From Pseudomonadota bacterium (GTDB lineage: Bacteria; Pseudomonadota; Alphaproteobacteria; Rhodobacterales; Rhodobacteraceae): a stretch of DNA of 64,000 bases. The notes under the pieces were generated by a model, which saw nothing but the letters and a program-made list of their open reading frames with translations, was not told the DNA's origin and ran no database searches. The stretch is taken from positions 94,789 through 158,788 of the forward strand of contig JBCDDF010000003.1 in NCBI GenBank assembly GCA_039180525.1, given 5' to 3'. Position 1 is the stretch's first letter; each line of letters opens with the position of its first letter. This document shows positions 29,426 through 38,720 of this stretch, piece after piece. The translations under genes were made by a program, and so were the position numbers.

Positions 29426-29788
29426 ATGCAGAAAGTGACGGGGATCGGCGGGATCTTTTTCCGCGCGCGGGCGCCGAAGGATTTGTTGGAGTGGTACAGG
29501 ACGCATTTGGGCCTGGACATGAGCACCGGCGTCTGGCGTCAGGAAGAGGGTTGGACGGTGTTCGCGCCGTTCGAGGAAGACACCGACTATTTCGGCGCGG
29601 CAGATCAGCAATGGATGATCAATTTCCGGGTCGAGGATCTGGACGCGACGATCGCGCAACTGAAGGACGCGGGTATCGCGGTGGAAACCCGCGCCGAGTG
29701 GGACAGCGAGGTCGGCCGCTTCGCGCGCATCCACGACCCTGAGGGCAACCCGATCGAACTGTGGCAGCCGGGCGGTCCGGCGGCATGA
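29426..29788 (+). CDS. VOC/glyoxalase family protein
   Basis: KVTGIGGIFFRA, MINFRVEDLD and DPEGNPIELWQP motifs. Confidence 0.88.
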   Translation: MQKVTGIGGIFFRARAPKDLLEWYRTHLGLDMSTGVWRQEEGWTVFAPFEEDTDYFGAADQQWMINFRVEDLDATIAQLKDAGIAVETRAEWDSEVGRFARIHDPEGNPIELWQPGGPAA

Positions 29789-30237
29789 ACGATGGCCTGC
29801 CTGCGGCGGTGACCCGTGCCCGCGCGGTCTGCGCCGGGGAAACCGATCAAATCGCTTTGATGGCCAGCATCGCCTGCGAACTGTTCCACGGCGATCCGCG
29901 CTGCGACTGGGTCGGCTTCTATCGGGTTACCGCGCCCGAACTTCTGACCATCGGCCCCTATCAGGGCGGGCATGGCTGCCTGCGCATCCCCTTCGACAAG
30001 GGCGTCTGCGGTGCCGCCGCGCGGGAGCGGCGCACGCAACTGGTGCCGGATGTGGAGGCGTTCCCCGGCCATATCGCCTGTTCCTCGACCACGCGGTCGG
30101 AACTTGTGGTGCCGGTGCTCGATAGCGCCGGGTCGGTGATTGCCGTGCTGGATCTGGACAGCGATGCGGCCGATGCCTTCACCATCGCCGACGCGGCGCT
30201 GCTGGAGCGGTTCATGCAGGATGTGTTTGCCGTATGA
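29785..30237 (+). CDS. GAF domain protein (free Met-R-sulfoxide reductase MsrC-like)
   Basis: WVGFY, IGPYQGGHGC, GVCG and HIACSSTTRSELVVP motifs. Confidence 0.85.
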   Translation: MNDGLPAAVTRARAVCAGETDQIALMASIACELFHGDPRCDWVGFYRVTAPELLTIGPYQGGHGCLRIPFDKGVCGAAARERRTQLVPDVEAFPGHIACSSTTRSELVVPVLDSAGSVIAVLDLDSDAADAFTIADAALLERFMQDVFAV

Positions 30238-30243
30238 GCGGCG

Positions 30244-31239
30244 TTAGCCGCCGGCAAATGCGGTCTGAACCGCGCGGGTGTGGCCGGTTTCGATATTACG
30301 TCGGTTGAAAATCGGGGCATGGGTGAACGCCCGCACCCGGGGGTCGGCGGGATCCAGGACGCCCAAATGGACCAGCAACGCCGCGATGGCGGCCTCGGAT
30401 GCGCGGGTGGCGCCGTCTTCGATCTTAAGCGCCACGGCCATGCGGCGTGCGGGCAGGATGGCGGCGAAAACGCCTTCCGCCCCGGTTTTTAGTGCCAGAT
30501 GTCCGGGCATGACGCGCATCAGCCGGGTGCAGGCGCGCCCCTCTCCGGCGACCAGATCGGGATGCGCCATCATCGCCCGCACCAGCCGTTCGGCCGCCGT
30601 CGCACGGGTCCGGGCCAGCCTGTCGGGCGCCGCCATCAGCGCCAGGGCGCGCCCGAACCCGGCCAGCGTGAAGGCGAAATTGGGGGCCGAGCACCCATCG
30701 ATGCCCCAGCCTGGGCTATCCTCCTGCGCCATGTCTTCCATCGCGGCGCGGGCGGCGCGCTGCACCGGGTGATCGGCATCGATGTAGTTCGGGCCGGCCT
30801 TTAGGTGCTGGGCCAGCGTCAGAAAGCCGGTGTGCTTGCCCGAACAGTTGTTGTGCACTTGGGTCGGCTCTGCGCCGTTCAGCGCGGCGCGGGCATCCCG
30901 ATCGTTGGGAGGCTGCGGGCCGCAGCGCAGCGCCGTCTCGTCCAAGCCCAGATCGGCCAGCCAGGCGGTCACGCGGCTGGTGTGGATGGTCGCGCCGCTA
31001 TGCGAAGCGCAGGCCAGCGCCAGATGCGCATCCGACAATGCCCCGCCAGCGCGGCTTTCGAGCAGTGGCAGCGCCTGCAGCATCTTGGCCGCCGATCGGG
31101 GATAGATCAGCGTCTGGGGGTCGCCCCAGGCGGCGATGATCGCGCCGATGTCGTCGACCACGACCGCATGACCGCGGTGGCGGCTTTCCACGCGATCGCC
31201 GCGGGTGACCTCGACCAGGACAGGGGGCGGATCAGCCAT
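30244..31239 (-). CDS. Rhizobium-type L-asparaginase (asparaginase II family)
   Basis: RSAAKMLQA, ACASHSG, NNCSGKH, DGCSAP and KTGAEG motifs; ATG overlaps the sigma factor 3' end. Confidence 0.88.
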   Translation of the reverse strand: MADPPPVLVEVTRGDRVESRHRGHAVVVDDIGAIIAAWGDPQTLIYPRSAAKMLQALPLLESRAGGALSDAHLALACASHSGATIHTSRVTAWLADLGLDETALRCGPQPPNDRDARAALNGAEPTQVHNNCSGKHTGFLTLAQHLKAGPNYIDADHPVQRAARAAMEDMAQEDSPGWGIDGCSAPNFAFTLAGFGRALALMAAPDRLARTRATAAERLVRAMMAHPDLVAGEGRACTRLMRVMPGHLALKTGAEGVFAAILPARRMAVALKIEDGATRASEAAIAALLVHLGVLDPADPRVRAFTHAPIFNRRNIETGHTRAVQTAFAGG

Positions 31240-31807
31240 CCAGAAAAGCGCGCGCCGCGGCATCGCCCAACTGGCCGCGCAAATGCTTGAACGACAGGCG
31301 GATGCGCGATTTGACCGTGCCGAGCGGCAGGTCGAGCAGTGTCGCGACCTCACCATGGCTGAGCCCGTCGTAGAACGCCGCCCGCAGCACGATGCGCTGT
31401 TCTTCGGGCAGGCTGCCGATGGCCTCGCGCATACGGGCGGCCAGTTGCTGCGTGCTGAGCGTCTCCAACCCCGAAGGTTCGGGGTCCGGTCGGAACAGCG
31501 GATCCTCGGGGTCGGGTTCGGGGCGTGCGCGGGCGCGCAGACGGTCGATGCGGCGATTGCGGGCGATGGCGAAGATCCAGGTCGACACCGCCGCCTTGGC
31601 CGGATCGAACAGATGCGCCTTGCGCCAGACAGTCACCATGACCTCTTGCGCGATCTCGTCAGCCTCGTCATCGGCGGTGCCGGCGCGCAGCATGAAGGCT
31701 TTGACCCGGGTGGCGAAGCGGCCGAACAACTCGGCAAAGGCGGCGCGATCCTGCGTTGCGATCAGCGCGAGCAGGTCGCTGTCACTATGATTCGACATAT
31801 CGCCCAT
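31232..31807 (-). CDS. ECF sigma-70 factor (RpoE/SigK-like)
   Basis: DRAAFAELF, VWRKAHLFDP, STWIFAIARNRRID and LPLGTVKSRIR motifs. Confidence 0.9.
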   Translation of the reverse strand: MGDMSNHSDSDLLALIATQDRAAFAELFGRFATRVKAFMLRAGTADDEADEIAQEVMVTVWRKAHLFDPAKAAVSTWIFAIARNRRIDRLRARARPEPDPEDPLFRPDPEPSGLETLSTQQLAARMREAIGSLPEEQRIVLRAAFYDGLSHGEVATLLDLPLGTVKSRIRLSFKHLRGQLGDAAARAFLDG

Positions 31808-32040
31808 TCAGGCGGAGTTTACAGAAGGCGTCCGGCGAAACCAATTGCCGGGCGGTGCCGTGTCGAGAATTTAATGTTGGCCGTTTCAGGCGCCCTCTTG
31901 AAAAACGCGGCCCTTCCTGACAGGCAAAAGTGGTCGATCGGGCAGATCGGGCGGGCCGGCCGCGAACGGCAGGCCGCAATCGGGGGCGTAGAGCAGACCG
32001 CGCGGGCAACGACCCGCGAAACGACGGAGGCATAAGGCAA

Positions 32041-32565
32041 ATGATCCGAAAGACGATTCTGACTTTGGCGCTGCTGGGGCTGGGCGGTGCGGCGGGCGCA
32101 CAGACCAACCCCTCGGTGGCGGCGTTCACCGATTGGAGCGTGTTCAACCCCAGCGATCCGCGCGAGTGTTACATCGTGTCGCCGCCGACATCGACCGAAG
32201 CTCGCCGGGACGGCAGCACCGTTTCGGTGCGACGTGGCGACATTCTGCTGTTCGTGACCATCCGCCCCGATCAGGGCGTGGACAAGGAAGTCAGCTTTAC
32301 CGGCGGGTATCCGTTTCGCGAGGGCAGCGTGGTCGAGGTGCGCATCGGCAGCGACACGTTCGCGATGTCGCCGGGTTCGGGCGACGGGCAGGAATGGGCC
32401 TGGCCCGCCTCGCCCGAGCGTGACCGGGAGTTGATCGCGGCGATGCGCGCCGGCAGTTCGGCCACCGTGACCGCGGTGTCGAGCCGTGGCACCCAGACAA
32501 CCGACAGTTTCTCTTTGCTGGGCTTCACTGCGGCGTTGGAAGAGGCGGAAAACCTCTGCCAATAG
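32041..32565 (+). CDS. invasion-associated locus B (IalB)-like exported protein
   Basis: Signal peptide; FTDWSVF..ECYIVS; SSRGTQTTDSFSLLGFTAA..C; GGAGG SD; upstream of rlmN. Confidence 0.8.
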   Translation: MIRKTILTLALLGLGGAAGAQTNPSVAAFTDWSVFNPSDPRECYIVSPPTSTEARRDGSTVSVRRGDILLFVTIRPDQGVDKEVSFTGGYPFREGSVVEVRIGSDTFAMSPGSGDGQEWAWPASPERDRELIAAMRAGSSATVTAVSSRGTQTTDSFSLLGFTAALEEAENLCQ

Positions 32566-32579
32566 GGCGCGTCGTCGGA

Positions 32580-32613
32580 GCCTCCGGCGGGAGTATTTGG
32601 GGACCAAAGAAGC
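32580..32613. repeat. solo copy of the ~35-bp intergenic repeat
   Basis: gcctccggcgggagtatttggggaccaaagaagc, matches the units at 7907-7940 and 7983-8018. Confidence 0.75.
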
Positions 32614-32759
32614 AGGGGCGCCCGGGGGTTCGGGCGCCCATTCTTGTTGCCGGTGTCCGCGCCCTTGGCAGGGGTGTTTGCTGAACCGGACCAGCGCGGA
32701 GCATGCGCTTATCATTCGGGCGCGGGTGTGGTATGCGCGCGGCTTCGCAGGAGGATCCG

Positions 32760-33926
32760 ATGAACCAGCCCGCCCCGATCACGCCGGAGGTCATGGCGCT
32801 GCCGCGCAAGGCGGCAGGGGCGCCGAACCTGATCGGGTTGACGCGTGAAGCGCTGGTCGAGGCGCTGGCGCCACTGACGCCCGAGCGGCAGGTGAAGATG
32901 CGCAGCCGGCAGATCTGGGGCTGGCTCTATCAGAAGGGCGCGCGCGATTTTGACGCGATGACGGATTTGTCGAAATCCTATCGCGCCGCGTTGGCGGAAC
33001 GGTTCTGCGTCGCGCGGCCGGAGATCGTGACGCGCCAGATCTCTGCCGATGGGACCCGCAAGTATCTGCTGCGGATCGCAGGCGGGCACGAGGTCGAGGC
33101 GGTTTATATCCCTGAGGAAGATCGCGGCACGTTATGTATCTCCTCCCAGGTTGGCTGCACGCTGACCTGTTCGTTCTGTCATACCGGCACGCAAAAGCTG
33201 GTGCGCAATCTGACCGCGGCTGAGATCGTGGGCCAGATCCTGGTGGCGCGCGACGACCTGGAGGATTGGGGGCACAAGGATCCCGGCGACCGGCGGCGGA
33301 TCTCCAACATCGTGCTGATGGGCATGGGCGAACCCTTGTACAACTTCGAGGCGGTGCGCGATGCGATGCGGATCGCCATGGATGGCGAGGGGATCAGCCT
33401 CAGCCGGCGGCGGATCACCCTGTCGACCAGCGGCGTGGTGCCCGAGATCGTGCGGGCGGGTGCGGAGATCGGCTGCATGCTGGCGATCAGCTTTCACGCC
33501 ACCACCGATCCGGTGCGCGATCATCTGGTGCCGATCAACAGGAAATGGAACATCGAGTCGCTGTTGCAGGCGTGCCGCGACTATCCGCGGCTGTCGAACG
33601 CGGAACGGATCACGTTTGAATACGTGATGCTGAAGGATGTGAATGACAGCGACGCCGACGCCCGCCGACTGGTGCGGCTGATCGCCGGCATTCCGGCCAA
33701 GATCAACCTGATCCCGTTCAATCCTTGGCCGGGTGCGCCCTATGAGCGCTCGGACTGGGACCGGATCGAGGCGTTTGCCGAGATCGTCAACCGCGCCGGT
33801 TATGCGAGCCCTGTGCGCACCCCGCGCGGCGAGGACATCATGGCCGCCTGCGGGCAGTTGAAAAGCGCGACCGAGCGGGCGCGCAAGTCTCGCGCCCAGA
33901 TCGCGGCAGAGGCACAGGGCGGTTGA
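32760..33926 (+). CDS. rlmN: 23S rRNA m2A2503 / tRNA radical SAM methyltransferase
   Basis: [24 protein letters not shown] and DIMAACGQL motifs; GGAGGA SD. Confidence 0.96.
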   Translation: MNQPAPITPEVMALPRKAAGAPNLIGLTREALVEALAPLTPERQVKMRSRQIWGWLYQKGARDFDAMTDLSKSYRAALAERFCVARPEIVTRQISADGTRKYLLRIAGGHEVEAVYIPEEDRGTLCISSQVGCTLTCSFCHTGTQKLVRNLTAAEIVGQILVARDDLEDWGHKDPGDRRRISNIVLMGMGEPLYNFEAVRDAMRIAMDGEGISLSRRRITLSTSGVVPEIVRAGAEIGCMLAISFHATTDPVRDHLVPINRKWNIESLLQACRDYPRLSNAERITFEYVMLKDVNDSDADARRLVRLIAGIPAKINLIPFNPWPGAPYERSDWDRIEAFAEIVNRAGYASPVRTPRGEDIMAACGQLKSATERARKSRAQIAAEAQGG

Positions 33927-33939
33927 GCGCGCCGCTACG

Positions 33940-33955
33940 TTAACGCCTCGTTTAC
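33940..33955. promoter_or_regulatory. possible CtrA-binding site
   Basis: TTAA-cgcctcg-TTTAC, one mismatch to TTAA-N7-TTAAC, upstream of the L,D-transpeptidase gene. Confidence 0.35.
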
Positions 33956-34079
33956 CTCAAGGACCGCGTCTAAGGCGTGGAACTTCTTGCCGGATTTGTG
34001 AAGCTGTGAGACCATGCCATCGGGCCTTGGCCCGCATGAGGCAGATCGCAGCAACTACATTCGCAAAGAAGATACCGTC

Positions 34080-34583
34080 ATGAGCTCCCCCGTTCTCGGC
34101 CGACGCCCCCTGGTTCTAGGTCTTTCGGCCCTTGGTGTGACCGCCTGCACCGCGCCCCCGCGCACCCAGGCGGACCATGTGATGATCCTGAAAAACGAGC
34201 GCCGGCTCTTGTTGATCAAACACCGCGCGGTGTTCGAGGAATACCGTGTGGGTCTGGGCTTTTCACCCACGGGCCATAAGCGGCACGAGGGCGATGGCCG
34301 CACGCCCGAGGGCCAGTACTGGGTCGATCGCAAGAACCCCAACAGCGCCTTTCACCTGAGCGTCGGGCTGGATTACCCCAACGCCATGGATATCGCCCGC
34401 GCCCGTGCCATGGGGGTGGATCCCGGCGGCGATATCTTCATCCATGGCCGTCCCAACGGGCCGTATGATCCGACCGACCCGGACTGGACCGCCGGCTGCA
34501 TCGCCGTCACCAACCGCGAGATGGAAGATATCTATGCAAGCGTGCGTATCGGGACACCGGTGACCATCACCAACAGCGCCTGA
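34080..34583 (+). CDS. L,D-transpeptidase (YkuD family) lipoprotein
   Basis: EGDGRTPEG and IFIHG...WTAGCIAV catalytic motif; RR and lipobox-like VTAC N-terminus. Confidence 0.88.
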   Translation: MSSPVLGRRPLVLGLSALGVTACTAPPRTQADHVMILKNERRLLLIKHRAVFEEYRVGLGFSPTGHKRHEGDGRTPEGQYWVDRKNPNSAFHLSVGLDYPNAMDIARARAMGVDPGGDIFIHGRPNGPYDPTDPDWTAGCIAVTNREMEDIYASVRIGTPVTITNSA

Positions 34584-34715
34584 CGCCGCGCGGGCGCGCG
34601 CCCCGCTTTCGGCCATCCGAAACGGGGCGGTTCGTCCCGGTCGTGGTCGAAGCCCGCGTCCAAAGGATTTCCGCGATGGCGCATGCGGCGTAGGCTGGTG
34701 GAAAACGGGGGATGC

Positions 34716-35750
34716 ATGCCCGAGTTCACTGCGGCGATGATCGGCCATGGCATGGTGGCGGCCACACATCTGCGCGCCTTGCACGACTTGCGGGATCGGG
34801 TGCGGTTGAAGGGGGTGCTGGGCCGCGATCCCGAGCGCGCGGCCGCGTTTCTGGACGCGGCCGAGGTCGGCGACCCGCGACCCCAGGTGTATCGCGATTT
34901 GGCGGCGGTGGCCGATGATCCGCAGGTCGACTTCGTGCTGCTGCTGACGCCGCCGAATGCACGCGCGGAACCGGTGGCGGCGCTGGCCGGTGCCGGCAAG
35001 GCGATCCTGATGGAAAAACCGGTGGAACGCACCACCGACGCCGCGAGGGCGCTGGTGGAAACCTGCGAAGCGGCGGGCGTGCCGTTGGGGCTGTGCTTTC
35101 AGCATCGGTTCCGGGAAGTCTCGCAAATCCTGCACCGGCGCCTGGCCGAGTTGGGCCCGCTGCGCGCGGTGGAGGCGCATGTGCCCTGGTGGCGGCCGCA
35201 ATCCTACTACGATCCGCCAGGCCGGGGCACATATGCCCGCGACGGGGGCGGGGTGTTGATAAACCAGGCGGTCCACACGCTGGATTTGATGCTGTGGCTG
35301 GCCGGCCCGGTGACCCGGGTGCAGGCGATGGCGACGACGACCGGTTTTCATACCATGGAGGCGGAGGACTTCGTCAGCGCCGGGTTGCGTTTTGCTAACG
35401 GGGCGGTGGGCGCGCTGACCGCCAGCACGGCCAGTTTTCCAGGTTCCTCGGAAAGCCTTACGCTGCATGGGGTGCATGGCTCTGCGCAGCTCAGGGCCGG
35501 TGTGTTGCGGCTCGACTGGCAGGATGGGCGGGCAGAGACCTTGGGTGCCGTTGGCGGGACCGGCGGTGGGGCCGACCCCATGGCCTTTACCCACGCCTGG
35601 CATCGTGACCTGATCGCGGACTTTCTGGAGGCGCTGCGCACCGGACGCCCGCCGGCGATCCCCGGGCGCGCGGCGCTGGCGACCCATGCGGTGATCGATG
35701 CGCTGACGGCCTCGGCCCGCGCCGGTCGGGCGGTGGAGGTCGCGTCGTGA
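34716..35750 (+). CDS. Gfo/Idh/MocA family oxidoreductase
   Basis: MEKP, QHRF and DGGGVLINQAVHTLD motifs. Confidence 0.88.
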   Translation: MPEFTAAMIGHGMVAATHLRALHDLRDRVRLKGVLGRDPERAAAFLDAAEVGDPRPQVYRDLAAVADDPQVDFVLLLTPPNARAEPVAALAGAGKAILMEKPVERTTDAARALVETCEAAGVPLGLCFQHRFREVSQILHRRLAELGPLRAVEAHVPWWRPQSYYDPPGRGTYARDGGGVLINQAVHTLDLMLWLAGPVTRVQAMATTTGFHTMEAEDFVSAGLRFANGAVGALTASTASFPGSSESLTLHGVHGSAQLRAGVLRLDWQDGRAETLGAVGGTGGGADPMAFTHAWHRDLIADFLEALRTGRPPAIPGRAALATHAVIDALTASARAGRAVEVAS

Positions 35751-36745
35751 TCCGGATGGCGGCGATCGGCATCGACCATCGCCACATCTTTGGACAGATC
35801 GCGCATATGCAGGCGGCCGGTGCGGTGCTGGCCGGCTGGTGGACCGAGGGCACGCCGGGGACGCTGCCGGGCTTTGTGAAACGCTTCCCCCACGCGCCCC
35901 GCGCCGCCGATCGGCGGGCGCTGCTGGACGATCCCACCATCGATCTGATCCTGCTGGCCGGTATTCCGGCCGAGCGCGCCGGTCATGCGGTCGAGGCGAT
36001 GCGCGCCGGCAAGGACGTGATGACCGACAAGCCGGGCTGCACGACGCACGATCAACTGATCGATTTACGCCGGGTCCAGCGGGAAACCGGCCGTATCTGG
36101 TCGGTCGACTTTTCCGAACGCTTCGAGGTCCCCGCGGTCACCCGCGCCGCCGAATTGGTGGCGGCGGGCGCCATTGGCCGGGTCGTTCAGACCGTGGGCC
36201 TGGGCCCGCACCGGCTGAACCGGGCGACCCGTCCGGACTGGTTCTTCGACCGTGCGCGATATGGCGGGATCCTGACCGACATCGCCTCGCACCAGATCGA
36301 TCAGTTTCTGCATTTCACCGGGTCGGCGGATGCCGAGATCACGCTCGCGCAGGTTGCCAACTACGCCAACCCCGGCGACCCGGGCCTGCAGGATTTCGGC
36401 GAGATCGCCCTGAAGTCGGCCGGTGCCCACGGCTATATACGCGTCGACTGGTACACGCCCGACGCGCTGCCGACCTGGGGTGATGGGCGGCTGACGATCC
36501 TGGGGACAGACGGCACGATCGAGATCCGCAAATACCTGGATATCGCGCGCGACAATGCGCCCGATCATCTGTTCCTGGTCAACGGTACACGGTGCGAAAA
36601 AGTCCCCTGCGGCAACGCCGGGTACCCTTATTTCAGGGCCCTTGCCGCCGACATCCGAGACCGGACAGAGACGGCAATGCCCCAGACCCACGCCTTCAAG
36701 GTCATGGATCTGGCGCTGACTGCGCAGGCGATGGCCGAAGCATGA
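35747..36745 (+). CDS. Gfo/Idh/MocA family oxidoreductase
   Basis: GIDHRHI, DKPG, FSERF and GGILTDIASHQIDQF motifs; GTGA overlap. Confidence 0.88.
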   Translation: MIRMAAIGIDHRHIFGQIAHMQAAGAVLAGWWTEGTPGTLPGFVKRFPHAPRAADRRALLDDPTIDLILLAGIPAERAGHAVEAMRAGKDVMTDKPGCTTHDQLIDLRRVQRETGRIWSVDFSERFEVPAVTRAAELVAAGAIGRVVQTVGLGPHRLNRATRPDWFFDRARYGGILTDIASHQIDQFLHFTGSADAEITLAQVANYANPGDPGLQDFGEIALKSAGAHGYIRVDWYTPDALPTWGDGRLTILGTDGTIEIRKYLDIARDNAPDHLFLVNGTRCEKVPCGNAGYPYFRALAADIRDRTETAMPQTHAFKVMDLALTAQAMAEA

Positions 36746-37746
36746 GCCGCAGGGTCGCCATCCTGGGCGCTGGCATCGGGGCGCAGCATGCCGCGGCCTA
36801 TGCCAAGCTTTCCAACCGGTTCGAGGTCGTGGCGGTCTGTGACCGCGACACCACCCGCGCCGCCGCCATCGCGCCGGCCGGTGCCCGGGTTGTCGCAGCA
36901 CTCGACCCCATCCTCGCCGACCAGGCCATCGATGTCGTCGATATCTGCCTGCCACCGCGCCTGCACGCGGCCGTCGCCGTATCCGCGCTGGCTTCGGGCA
37001 AGCATGTGATCTGCGAGAAACCGCTCGCACTGTCGCTGGAGGAGGTGGCGCAGATCGAGGCTGTGTCCGGCGCGGCACAGGTGTTTCCGGTGTTCCAATA
37101 CCGGTATGCCCCGGCATTCGACCGCCTGCGCGCGCTGATCGCCGCCGGGTTGGCGGGCCGCCCCTTGGCCGCCAGCCTGGAGACGCATTGGAACCGCGGC
37201 GCGGATTACTACGCCAACCCATGGCGCGGCACGGTCGCGGGTGAGGGCGGGGGCGCGTTGATCACCCATGCGATCCATGTCCACGATCTGGTGACGCATC
37301 TAATGGGCCCGGTGGACAGCGCCTTTGCTCAAACAGCGACGCATGTGAACGCCATCGAAACCGAAGACTGCGCCGCCGTCAGCCTGCGGCTGCGAAACGG
37401 TGCGCTGGTCAGCAGCTCCGTGACCCTTGGCGCCGCGCGTGAAACCACACGCATGCGGTTGATCTATGCGGGCCTGACCGCGACCAGCGGTACGATGCCA
37501 TATGCCCCGGGCGAAGGGGACTGGAGTTTCGAGGCCCGCGACCCCGCGCTGCAAACCGAGGTCGATGCGGTGCTGGCCGCAACACCGATCGGCCCGCCGG
37601 GCTACCAGGGTTTTTTCCAGGCGGTGGATGCGCGTCTTGCGGGTGCCGACGGGCAGGCGGTTACGCTGGCTGACGGCCGCGCCGCGGTGGCTTTGGCGGC
37701 GGCGCTCTATGCAAGCCGGGATAGTGGCCACGCCGTCGCGCTTTGA
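36742..37746 (+). CDS. Gfo/Idh/MocA family oxidoreductase
   Basis: GAGIG, CEKP, FQYRY and GGGALITHAIHVHD motifs; ATGA overlap. Confidence 0.88.
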   Translation: MSRRVAILGAGIGAQHAAAYAKLSNRFEVVAVCDRDTTRAAAIAPAGARVVAALDPILADQAIDVVDICLPPRLHAAVAVSALASGKHVICEKPLALSLEEVAQIEAVSGAAQVFPVFQYRYAPAFDRLRALIAAGLAGRPLAASLETHWNRGADYYANPWRGTVAGEGGGALITHAIHVHDLVTHLMGPVDSAFAQTATHVNAIETEDCAAVSLRLRNGALVSSSVTLGAARETTRMRLIYAGLTATSGTMPYAPGEGDWSFEARDPALQTEVDAVLAATPIGPPGYQGFFQAVDARLAGADGQAVTLADGRAAVALAAALYASRDSGHAVAL

Positions 37747-37835
37747 CCGGCGCCGGGGGCGGCATCGCCCGCCGATACTGGCGGGTGCGATTTGGGCCGC
37801 GGTGGGACGCCTGCGCCGGCCTGCGCCGGCGGTCC

Positions 37836-38717
37836 CTACAGCAGACCGTCGGGGATTTTTTGTTCGGCGGCGGTGTTCGCGCGCCGGAAGGCCAGCGTGA
37901 CCAGGGTGGATGTGATCACGATAAACAGGGAATAGAGAGCCCCCACCGCCATGATCGACTGCTGCTCTTCCCCGGGAAAGGTCAGCACTATGATGCCGAT
38001 GGCCAAGGGCGCGTTCTGGATGCCTGTCTCCAGCGCCACGGTGCGAGCGTTCCTTGGATGCAGCCGCAGCAGCTTTGCAAAGGTATACCCGATCAGGATC
38101 CCAAAGACCCCGAGCATGATCGCGGCGAAATAGGTGGACGGGGCGGTCGACAGCAGGAACTGCCAGTTCCGGGGCACCCAGGATATCGCGATGAAGGCGA
38201 TGAAGAAGATCGCCAGCACCGACCCAAAGAACTCCGTTACCGCCCCGACATTGGCCGACACCTTGCGCAGCACCATGCCGATGGCCACGGGCAGCAACAG
38301 GATCAGCAGGGTCGCGATGATGTTCTCGCGCGGGATCTCCAGATCCAGCGCCGAGGCATAGATCACCAACACCAGCGGGATCAGGATTACCCCGAAGACG
38401 GTGGAGGTTACTGTCATCAGAACCGACAGCGCCAGATTGCCCTTGGAGAAATAGGTGAAGATGTTCGAAGTCGTGCCCCCAGGCATGCAGGAGACGATCA
38501 AAAGCCCCAGCGCAATCGCTTCCGGCAGGCCCAGCGTCACGGCCATGGCAAAGCCGATGAACGGCATGAAGCCGTATTGGGAGGCGACGCCGATCGCCAG
38601 CCCCTGGGGTCGGCGCAGGGCGAACCAGAAGTCCTTGGGCGTAAGCGACGCGCCCATACCCAGCATGATGACGAAGATCATGGCGGCCAGCAGCGCCTGT
38701 TCGAACGGTCCGACCAT
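37836..38717 (-). CDS. bile acid:sodium symporter (BASS) family transporter
   Basis: MLGMGASL, PGGTTSN and ETGIQN motifs; multiple TM helices. Confidence 0.88.
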   Translation of the reverse strand: MVGPFEQALLAAMIFVIMLGMGASLTPKDFWFALRRPQGLAIGVASQYGFMPFIGFAMAVTLGLPEAIALGLLIVSCMPGGTTSNIFTYFSKGNLALSVLMTVTSTVFGVILIPLVLVIYASALDLEIPRENIIATLLILLLPVAIGMVLRKVSANVGAVTEFFGSVLAIFFIAFIAISWVPRNWQFLLSTAPSTYFAAIMLGVFGILIGYTFAKLLRLHPRNARTVALETGIQNAPLAIGIIVLTFPGEEQQSIMAVGALYSLFIVITSTLVTLAFRRANTAAEQKIPDGLL

Positions 38718-38720
38718 GGC

